From assembly GCA_054661495.1 (NCBI GenBank), contig BAAFSQ010000083.1, forward strand, positions 6,302-38,301: a DNA stretch of 32,000 nucleotides. The letters run 5' to 3'. The stretch comes from Zygophlyctis sp. KS116. Taxonomy: Eukaryota; Fungi; Chytridiomycota. Under the pieces are notes generated by a model. It did no database searches, was not told the DNA's origin, and worked only from the letters and a program-made list of their open reading frames with translations. Made by a program: the position numbers and the translations under genes. Below, piece after piece: positions 23,075 to 32,000 of this stretch (the stretch's first letter is position 1; each line of letters opens with the position of its first letter).

Positions 23075-23564
23075 TTAATAATTCTTTCGGAGTCTGAACT
23101 TAATCTTGATCTACAATCTCGACTGCATTTTCAGATATCAAATAGATAAGTCATTGCTAGCATTGCTTTCACTCATAAACCCAATAAAACTCTAGTCAAA
23201 CATACCAATATATCGCCATTCATCATCCGATAGTAGCCTTTTCTTGAAATTATCATTAAGTGAATAATAGAACTTTTTTGGAAGAATGACATGCCTTGAA
23301 TGAATAATTGAGCGTTACCTGTATTCACAAAAGTCTGTGCAGTATTTATCAGAATATCTTATTTGTTTTTGAAAATCCTTGAGTTCCTTTGTTAGATCTT
23401 TTCGATGACAAAAGGGGGGAAGAGCTGTTTTAGTCATTTAATAATTCTTTCGGAGTCTGAACTTAATCTTGATCTACAATCTCGACTGCATTTTCTGATA
23501 TCAAATAGATAAGTCATTGCTAGCATTGCTTTCACTCATAAACCCAATAAAACTCTAGTCAAAC
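22839..23564. repeat. Direct tandem duplication, 2 x 363 bp, one mismatch
   Basis: Units 22839-23201 and 23202-23564 are identical by eye except 23133 (A) versus 23496 (T). Confidence 0.95.
23192..23437 (-). pseudogene. 3'-truncated copy of the second Cks gene created by the tandem duplication, 73 aa
   Basis: Duplicated ATG at 23437 and intron at 23295-23318; the frame reads ...EWRYIGMFD* across the junction and lacks GW..Y and HxPEPH. Confidence 0.7.
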
Positions 23565-23637
23565 ATACAAATATAGCAGATAGAATCATTTAACACAATA
23601 TCAACCTACTCTCAGTAAACAACGGCTCAAAACTCTA

Positions 23638-24723
23638 ATGACTGGAATTCTATTTATCACAAAATCATTGAATCAGGAAATGGTTGCAATTCTAAAAACA
23701 TTATGTAAATGGCTTCATGCTCAAAGACCAGACTTGCGATTGTTCATTGATGAGAAAATTGAAGATATTCCGGATCATTGCAACTCTTGGAATCCGTCAT
23801 TCATTCTTTTAAGTAGAGATCAGATTGATTTAGTTGTTACTATCGGAGGGGATGGCACAGTGCTATATAGCTCTTGGTTATTTCAGAATTCAAATGTGCC
23901 ACCAACCATGAGTTTTTCTTTTGGATCTTTGGGGTTTTTAACGGATTTTGATATCACAGCTATACGAGATGACATTATTGATTGGATAAATAATCCTCAA
24001 AATTATACGAAAACTACTAGAATGAGATTAACTGCAAAAGTATCACGATATGATTCTGAGAAGAAAATGTTAAAATCTAAAAGATCTAAGTCTTGGAAAG
24101 ATGATCCATGTATATCGATTGTAGGAGATACTAGGATTACACCATCTCAAGAAACTTGGGTTGTTCTAAATGATGTTGTTATTGATAGAGGGCCAAGTGC
24201 ATATATGACACAATTAGAAGTACTAGTAGATTCAGAAGACTGTACAGTTGTACAAGCTGATGGTTTGTTATTTGCAACACCTACAGGATCAACTGCATAT
24301 TCTGTAATTCTAAATCTTTTCTAATATTAGGTCTCTGCAGGTGGGTCTCTAGTTCATCCTCAAGTTCCGTGTATCTTAATGACTCCATTATGTCCACATT
24401 CACTTTCTTTCAGACCAATGATTCTTCCAGATTCTGTGCAAGTCAAGGTTGTCGTTCCTCTAGATTCTAGATATTCGGCATGGGCGTCTTTTGATGGAAA
24501 GCATCGTATACAATTAAACTACGGTGATTCAATAACAATTAAAAAGTCTCGGTTGAATATGATTACAGTAGATCCTTGTTCATCCCCATGCTCTTCTTTA
24601 AATTGGTTTAAAAAACTTTCCAACACTTTACATTGGAATGTTCGAGCCAGACAACGTGGAACTGATGTATCAGAGGAGGAGGAACTTTTGAAAAAGTTGA
24701 ATGGTTTATTCTCTATCAATTAG
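23638..24723 (+). CDS. NAD(H) kinase (Utr1/Yef1-like), about 352 aa
   Basis: Motifs GGDGT, GSLGFL, VLND and DG...TPTGSTAYS|VSAGG across a 27-nt intron at 24304-24330, then TPLCPHSLSFRP. The frame stays open for about 18 codons upstream, so the start is uncertain. Confidence 0.92.
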
Positions 24724-24828
24724 AAATTATAATTAATGGATTCCTGGCGCCCAATGGTATCTAGTGTTGTCACTAGTGTTAATAGCGATCTTATCATCTT
24801 TTAATCTCTTTTTAATACACTAATTGCA

Positions 24829-27800
24829 ATGAGAACATTTACATGCCAATTACGGATTCATGATGAGAGGTTTTCTAAAGAGGATCTGCTTATATCTACT
24901 GATCTGATTCCTGACTTGGAAGAGGGAGACTTGATCCAATTGTCACAAGGAACAGAGGAAGATGCGATCAAAGTTATTGTACAAGTAACGGCTGGGAGTA
25001 TGGATAAAGAGTTCTTATCAAAGCATCCGCAATTGTTGTTCTCTGCTAGTTCGGGGCTTGCAAATGCTGTTGAGCTAACACGGCGACGAGATATATTTAT
25101 CAAGAAGATTGATGATCAGTCAGCGATTTTAGATTTAGTAGAAATCTCGTTTAGAGATCAGTATGGTAACTGCAACTTAATTTTTAATCAATAGTTGCAA
25201 GGCCGGAAATGTGGAGATTGAAGCTATTGTTAGCTGGTACTACAGTTTACAAAGTATTTTTTTCATTTGATCCATAGGGGAAAAAGATATCATCTTTAGG
25301 AATAAGAGCTCAAATCAAGGATCTTTATTTAGGTGGGTCTCTAGTATCATCAGGATTGGTTACGGAGCGAACACGAGTAATCTTTCGTTCCGAGACCGCA
25401 AAATGCTTTATATATATCCAAATGTCGAAAGATATGTGGGAATTTGATGATGATGGAGAAATGTACTCTGAAAAATGTATTCACGGTTTTCTTCCAGAGT
25501 TATTTTCAAGATGGAAGGAAGCAAGTGCAAATCATGTCGTGTCTATTATTCTGTTTGCCAGAATATTTTATCCAAATCAAAAATCAAATTCATCAGCATT
25601 CGAAAAACTAGATCCTTTAGCTGAAAAAGATCATGTGCTGCATACATTAGAGGATTTATCTGGAAGGTTATTTAATGATTTTTATAGAGTCATTATTGAT
25701 TGGGAGACTTGGGCAGATTGGTCAGAAGTCTTGAAAACAATCAAGCATGAATTTTACCGTTTTGAGAAAGATGTATTATCAAGACATGATTCAAACGGTT
25801 CAGTTGTTCTATTGGGAGAAAATTCACATTCCTCAGATGGGAATATATTAGAAGCTATTAATTTGGCTCTTAATCCATTTGATAAGCATTTCATTGACAG
25901 AGATCTTCTCCGGACAGGACTTTCTATTGTTTTAGTTACTCCAGGAGTCGGGTTTTTTGAAACTGAAAAAGAATTATCTAGAATTACATCTCAAAGAATG
26001 ACAGACAATGGGTTAAGTCTTGATCTGGTCTGCCTGTCAAAGCCCCCACTATTTTCAACGCCATTATTTAGATTTAATGCAGCCGAAGAAAATCACGAAA
26101 ATATCTACGGATCAGAAGATAATTCTTCCTCATATATTTATTCTGCTTCGGATCGAATTTCAATTCCACAGTCACTCGCTGTCGGTGAACAATCAGACTA
26201 TATTTCAACAAAGCCTAGCCAGCCAACACGACAATATTATTGGATACCCCAATGGATTGATTGTAGTTACTGGAGTAGATTAGATATCTTGAATAATCCA
26301 GATGTATTTAGGCCTCGCTGTAAAATGCCCGATATTCAAGTCATGGGATCTGATCCTATAATAGCCCCATTGATTGATGACTTTATTTTCCCTCTCAAAA
26401 GTGCAATGCCTGTAAATGACGACGGTCAAATATTGCCGTCTGCAACAAATGTAGAATATGACGCATATGATGATGCTGTATTCGAGTCTGTATCTCAAAA
26501 AGTACATTCTAATTTATCCGGATCGATGGAAAATCGCAACTCTTCAATATTATCTGATAAAGTACGATATGATGGAAATCCTCTTACTAAAGCATCATCA
26601 TATAGCTCTGATATTTCTCCTAGCTATCTCATAAGTGGTCAGGAATATTCTAAAAAGACGGAAGCTGGAATGCAAAGCGCATCTTATGACCCTATGGATG
26701 CTTCGAACTATACCAGCTCTATGAATCCAATTAAAATACGTCCCAGAAATGGATCTCCGCCCACAGATTACATCACTGGCCGTAGCATGCCCTCAACAGT
26801 TATGATTTCGCCTGGAGAACGATTTATTCGAAACTCGCCACGAAAAACTGCCGTTTTACAATCTCGTCAACCTGGCAATGTTCTGAATCCGCTTAGAATT
26901 GGTCAAGTCGACAATAGAGCTTATCATCCTTGGAAACATGTTTTGCCAAACTCTCTACAGGATAAACCCTTGATGGATTGGAAGAATCTTTGCACGCCTG
27001 CATGCTTACCAATTACTACGGATTATTTCCCAACTCAAGAAGAACTATCAAATTTGTATCAGGAGTATACTTATTCTGTATCTTGGGCAGATGATTCGAT
27101 TTACCAGGAGCAATCAGTCTCGGAACAGGAAAAAGTCGGAGCACTCTTGACAGAGCTTATCAGCCAGCGCCTTGCACAAGGCTATCAATTGATTACTCAG
27201 CCATTTTCTTTAGAGAGAAAAAATATACCGCCCCCTGAAAAGGGCGTCAGTCATGATGCTTTAAACATGGAACATAGAAAAGCTGGTAAGATTCCTATTT
27301 CTGTGCCTCATTACCTCTCCTTAGGAAATCATGTCCATCGCCTATTTTACGATTCTTCAGGAAAAAATGTTGAGGTAAAGCTCTATTTTATATAATTTAT
27401 CAGGTCAAACGTTATGTGAAGAATAATATATTTGATTCGCAAAGTACCTTATACCATTGTTCAATATGGCCAAAATATAGTGACTTTTACCGTGCCAAGA
27501 AGTTCATATTCTCCAGCCCATTATCAGCTCGCTATAATTGGAACTATCTAGACCATTTGATTTCTGGATATCAAGATGAAATGACAGAAAATCTGAAGTT
27601 TTGGCGGACCAGATATTTACTGATTCCATTTGAAAGCGAAAAAATATCGAAAAATAGCTTTTCAGTGTCTCCAGATGAAGTTTTTGATGAAGAGGAGGTT
27701 TTAGTGGCCGGTTTTTTGAAGTTTGTGGATTTTTTCGACAAGAATCAAAGCACTAGTAAAGGTGAAAAGGAAAAAATGAATTCAACCGGTCTAGCAAAAA

Positions 27801-29155
27801 AAGGGGTTAACATCATTTTGACCACATTTGATCCAGCAATTCATGTCCGAGGTGAATTATTGGGGAATAATCGCAGCGAAAGATCTGATAGTATTCCTGC
27901 AGTAACAATCAAAGAGAGGTTGACCAAAAACGCTCCCTTTGAAACTATTGCTAAGAATATGCAGCAAAGTGAGAACGGGGTGAATTTCAGTGATCGTCTG
28001 TGGCATTTCATAACTTATCGTCATGTATTCATAGGAAAGGATTGTGTAGATTGGTTCCTTCAGAATTTCGCAGACATTGATTCGAGGGAAGACGCCGTAA
28101 ATTTTGGCAATATATTATTAAACCAGGGCTATTTTGAGCATGTTTTAGCCAAACATGGCTTTTTGGACGGTCATTACTTTTACCGAATCAAACAGGAATA
28201 TGTATCTCAGGACCTCGTGCTTAAGACCAAATCGAATTCAAGCTGGTTTAAAACTTTAAGCTTGACACAGTTAGATATATTCAATTCTGACATGGAATCG
28301 AAGTTAAGTAAACTTAATACTTTAAAGCCTCGCCAAAATATGAAATTTGAAAGTAGAAAGTTTGAATTGACAAAACGAATTGGTAAATTAAACTATTCGA
28401 TTTAATAACAGTGTTGGATATGGATCCTAATGGAGTCTCTTCGCGTCATGAAATTTCAATTTTACAGTATATTCACTAAATTTAATATAAAGTTATGATA
28501 CTATTTTCAATCCAAGGAATTGTTTTGGATTTCAAATACATTGGTTGATGTGCACGGCTAGGTTGATAGAGAATATGCTCCATACTTGGTCTAGATCCGC
28601 AGAAAAATGTGGGTTTAGACTCATAGAGGCTCCCATTCAGCAAACCATGCCTTTTGCTGATATAAATCCCTTTCAATCCGTGATCAGCATCGATTTTTCA
28701 GTCTCTCCTCCAAAGTTTGATTCGGAAGCTTCCGAAAATCCATTAAAAAACATTCCCGATGAATGGTTTGAACGAGGTATTTTTTTGTCTGATCATTATT
28801 AGAGCTGTTGAAAAAATTTGATTTTGTTCTTGATACAGAAGCCGATGCCTTATTCTCAAATGTTGAATACTCATATCTCCGTACTCCATTTGTTTATACT
28901 CAATTCATTCACAGAAGTGGAATAGCTATAGTCCAGATCATTCCTGGACAAGGCTATCGATGGGTCAAAAACAGACTTCATCTCACATCTATAAACTCAA
29001 TTTCTTCTCGTGCAACAGCGCACTCATTAAAAACAGACGTGATCAGACAGGAATTGTTTGATTTTGTAAAGAATCCGGACTTATTGTCAACTTTCTGGAA
29101 AGTCAGCACCGAGAAGATCTTGCGAGTGTTAAGGTTTGAACCGGCTGCAAAATGA
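24829..29155 (+). CDS. IML1: IML1/Sea1/DEPDC5, GATOR1/SEACIT subunit, about 1387 aa
   Basis: Introns at 25166-25194, 25254-25277, 27375-27403, 28383-28411, 28467-28492 and 28777-28802. Motifs: FRSE.A...YIQMSKDMWEFD, GNILEAINLA, DRDLLRTG, PACLPITTDYFP, QRLAQGYQ and a DEP domain (DRLWH...FIGKDCVDW...FLDGHYFY). Confidence 0.95.
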
Positions 29156-29694
29156 GAGTCAGAAATGTACCTCATCAGGAAGGAAACTGGGCCACATTGG
29201 TGTATATCTCCTTGGATAATATATATCTGGATACATTTATTCATCAATGCATGCAATCTCTTAAAGATCAATCGCTGTGCCCGATGGAAGATCTTCATAT
29301 TTCACTTTCCAAAACTTTATATCTCAAAGCTCATCAAATTACCAATTTCATCAATGCTTTAGAGCGGCAAGTGCAGACCCAAAATTTTCAGATATCTTTT
29401 TCAGATCTAACGACTTATGAAAATGATGAAAGAACTTGCAACTTTTTAGCATTGAATGTATTAAGCGGGAAATCTGATCTGTTAAAATTAGTTAATGTAG
29501 TGAATACTGTTGCTTCTAGTTTCGGACATGCCAGCTATTATGAGGAACCAAGCTTTCATACCTCTTTTGCAAGGAGTTCAAATAGAATAGAAATCAATCC
29601 AAATTTAAACTCAAATGCAATACATTCTGTTATAGTTGATATAAACAGTATAAATGTAAAATGTGGCAATAGAATCTATGAAATAAACCTTTAA
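29152..29694 (+). CDS. USB1: U6 snRNA 3'-5' phosphodiesterase USB1/Mpn1, 180 aa
   Basis: RVRNVPHQEGNWATLVY and two 2H motifs, LHISLS and FHTSFA. No introns. Confidence 0.9.
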   Translation: MRVRNVPHQEGNWATLVYISLDNIYLDTFIHQCMQSLKDQSLCPMEDLHISLSKTLYLKAHQITNFINALERQVQTQNFQISFSDLTTYENDERTCNFLALNVLSGKSDLLKLVNVVNTVASSFGHASYYEEPSFHTSFARSSNRIEINPNLNSNAIHSVIVDINSINVKCGNRIYEINL

Positions 29695-29696
29695 TA

Positions 29697-30566
29697 CTAC
29701 ATCAATATGCACTTGTCCCTTTTAGAATCAGATGAAGATCTTGATAAAGGCGCTTGCTTTTTTGTCTTTGTAAATCTCTCTTGCTCTTCAGACTCTTGTA
29801 ATGATAATGCTAGCGCTAAATCCGCTGTTTGATCTTCCTGATTTGAATTATTTAGAAAATCTGAATTATAAAAACTGGAGTCCCCCTGTAAAGCAATAGA
29901 TTCCCAAACGATTTCAGAATTATCCAGAAATCCAGAGTCTGTTACCAGTGTATATAATACATCTTTAAATTTGACTAAAACTGAGAAATGATTTCCTCGA
30001 AAGAATATGTATAGATCATTATTCTCCAAACTTGAAAGTTCCAATAGTCCTACAGCCGTGGCTTGATTTGAAGAATCATTCAAGAAATCATGAATTATTT
30101 CCTGTTTAAACTCATCCTGGCCTGATATTGAAACCAACAGCGAAGAATAACATCCATACTCTTGAATAATTTCATATAAGCCTTGATTCTGAGGATCTAC
30201 AGTCCATGAATGGCAGGTTTTAACATTTAAAAAGTTGAATAATTCATCTGCATTCGTTTCTAATTTGAAACTAGAGTCGAAATGAACATTTACATCAAGC
30301 GGTACATGAAGCTTTTGTAGAGAGTTTAGCAACTTATCCATATTTACATTTTGAGAAGAATCATTTGTCAGAACCAATTCCCCAATCGCCGAGACAAGTT
30401 CCTCTTGCGAAATAGTATTTCTCTCGTTTAACAGTGGCATTAGTCCTCTAAGACTCAGAATGTTTGATAATGCTAATAATGGACATGGCCCATTTTCATT
30501 CTGCATGACAATAGAAACATGCTTGTCAATAATAGGGGAATATATTCTCTTCAACGGAAACTGCAT
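29697..30566 (-). CDS. MINDY-1/2 (FAM63/Miy) deubiquitinase, about 289 aa
   Basis: Catalytic QNENGPCPLLAL and FFRGNHFS, LVTDSGF, MIU-like DLALALSLQE and a C-terminal CaaX (CILM). The ATG at 30566 is preferred because 30632 lies inside the SPP coding sequence. Confidence 0.92.
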   Translation of the reverse strand: MQFPLKRIYSPIIDKHVSIVMQNENGPCPLLALSNILSLRGLMPLLNERNTISQEELVSAIGELVLTNDSSQNVNMDKLLNSLQKLHVPLDVNVHFDSSFKLETNADELFNFLNVKTCHSWTVDPQNQGLYEIIQEYGCYSSLLVSISGQDEFKQEIIHDFLNDSSNQATAVGLLELSSLENNDLYIFFRGNHFSVLVKFKDVLYTLVTDSGFLDNSEIVWESIALQGDSSFYNSDFLNNSNQEDQTADLALALSLQESEEQERFTKTKKQAPLSRSSSDSKRDKCILM

Positions 30567-30582
30567 TAAAAAGAAAAACACG

Positions 30583-31831
30583 CTAATCGGCCTTTCTGCG
30601 ACTTGATCTCTTTGGTGATTTGGAAGGTTCATCTTGAGATTTTCCAGTAAATTTCTTTAAAAGTGCAGATTCTTTTTCACTATCCCAGGCCAACATGTTT
30701 TTGGTATCCCCCAAGAAGAGTGAAGTAATCAATACAGATAAAATACACGCTGGCGACAAATATAATAATGCAGGCTATACATTAGACTTAATAAAATTAC
30801 CTGAGCTGCCTGAAAATTGTGCATGACTGTCATTGTTGAAATTAAACCAAATATATATGATAAAAAACAAGACTTAAAATAAGGTCTTGGATAATAGGAT
30901 GACAAGGGAGCCTTTTTTCCTTCTGGACTTGATAAATATCTATAATAATCATATCTAAGACAGAGAGCAATAAAAAATCCAGGTAAAGCTATATCGCCCA
31001 ATCCTAATAAACTGAATTTTGTATTGTCGGGTGTAGATAAAATACCAGCATTAATTACTTCCCAAATATTCTTTGGCCATAAAACCTTTATAGGAACATC
31101 AAAAGACTTTGCAACTGTTACCATAACATCAGTTCCTTAAATTTAGTAAATTAAAATATACCAAAAACCCAAAATATATCGTAAAAAAACAATCCAGATA
31201 GTAACAGAATTCCAGTTTTAAAGGAATCAATTTGTAATAACTCAATTGCAGCAAATGAAAATACTACTCCGTAACAATTTGAGAGAATCCAGTGCTTACT
31301 GAGTGCATACGCAATTGCAAATATTATAGAAACTTTTAATAGAAAAATGTGTACTAATCCAAATTTCCAATCCAGTAATTCTAAAATAAATTCTAGTTAA
31401 CTTACTATTTTCTTTGGCAGAGAACTGAAGATGAAAATACCCAGGTAGTTTACCAAATAAGCTAGAAATAATCGACACAATAAATTCAAACATTGAGCCA
31501 ATTCCAACAAGGGAAAAATAAGCAGTCATAATGATATTTACCCATTTTTTATCTAAATATTTAACTGAGATTTAGAATCTAGGGACATACATATCACATA
31601 CAAGGACAGCAAAGATACACTTCCATACAAGGGAAACATTTTAGCATCTTCAAAGGATAATACTTCACTGATGGATTCTTTTTCATCGGTTGATGGCTGA
31701 GCTATTAAGGAAAAGACAATTACCTTTTTAACTGAGGCAAAGCTACCCGCATAAATCGGAATCAATGCGAGAACAACGAGAGCACCATACGCAATAAAAA
31801 TCGTATTTTCAGGATCGTAGAGTTGTTCCAT
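30583..31831 (-). CDS. Signal peptide peptidase (HM13/SPP, family A22B aspartyl intramembrane protease), about 372 aa
   Basis: Introns at 31697-31723, 31565-31590, 31381-31405, 31136-31161 and 30775-30800. Motifs FFYDIFWVFGT, LGLGDIALPG and Q|PALLY; the protein ends RRKAD*. Confidence 0.93.
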
Positions 31832-32000
31832 TTGAAAACGCGCAATTGACGCAGGAACTCAAAGGCCCACAGTCGGAACGAATGGCCATGGAATCTCAAA
31901 GACCTGAATGGATCATTGAAAAGATTTAAGGCATGGATTGTTGCCGCAGTTTCTTAAAAAAATGAAATTGATCTCTTCTGTTGCTTATCTCTGTTTGATA

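Noticed and set aside
22839-23564. 363-bp repeat as an LTR pair, transposon or CRISPR array
   Set aside because: The copies are directly adjacent, contain host Cks exons, and show no terminal repeats, target-site duplication, transposase or spacers.
30567-30632. MINDY N-terminal extension from the ATG at 30632
   Set aside because: It lies inside the SPP last exon in another frame, and family similarity begins at the ATG at 30566.
1-32000. Stop-codon reassignment or mass pseudogenisation as the cause of the fragmented ORFs
   Set aside because: Nearly every break is resolved by a GT-AG intron that restores frame and motifs, and TAA, TAG and TGA are all used as true terminators.
31882-32000. 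Possible start of a plus-strand gene
   Set aside because: The ATG frame stops after about 15 codons and no convincing intron or motif appears before the window ends.

Overview
AT-rich, very gene-dense eukaryotic nuclear DNA, most likely from an early-diverging (chytrid-like) fungus; this is inferred from gene content only. The ORF track is fragmented because genes are split by tiny GT-AG introns. By hand I reconstructed about 52 introns, all 23-32 nt, which join the fragments into about 17 genes: Fmp27/BLTP2, Cks1 (absent from the ORF track), a Cys-rich single-pass membrane protein and its paralogue, a WW protein, RMI1, an Nbp2-like SH3 protein, a possible GPI-anchored protein, a 14-intron Set9/SUV4-20, a Caprin-like protein, GTPBP1/2, UBFD1, a second divergent Cks, NAD kinase, IML1/DEPDC5, USB1, a MINDY deubiquitinase and signal peptide peptidase. 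The most notable points are: (1) a Set9 fused to a PWWP-like domain and carrying a PIP box; (2) the ultra-short intron system with relaxed splice signals; (3) operon-like packing, including an ATGA stop/start overlap between IML1 and USB1; (4) two Cks genes, each next to a member of a Cys-TM receptor-like family that I cannot name; (5) a near-perfect 363-bp tandem duplication of the 5' part of the second Cks gene. All family calls come from motif recognition, not database searches, and no splice model has transcript support.
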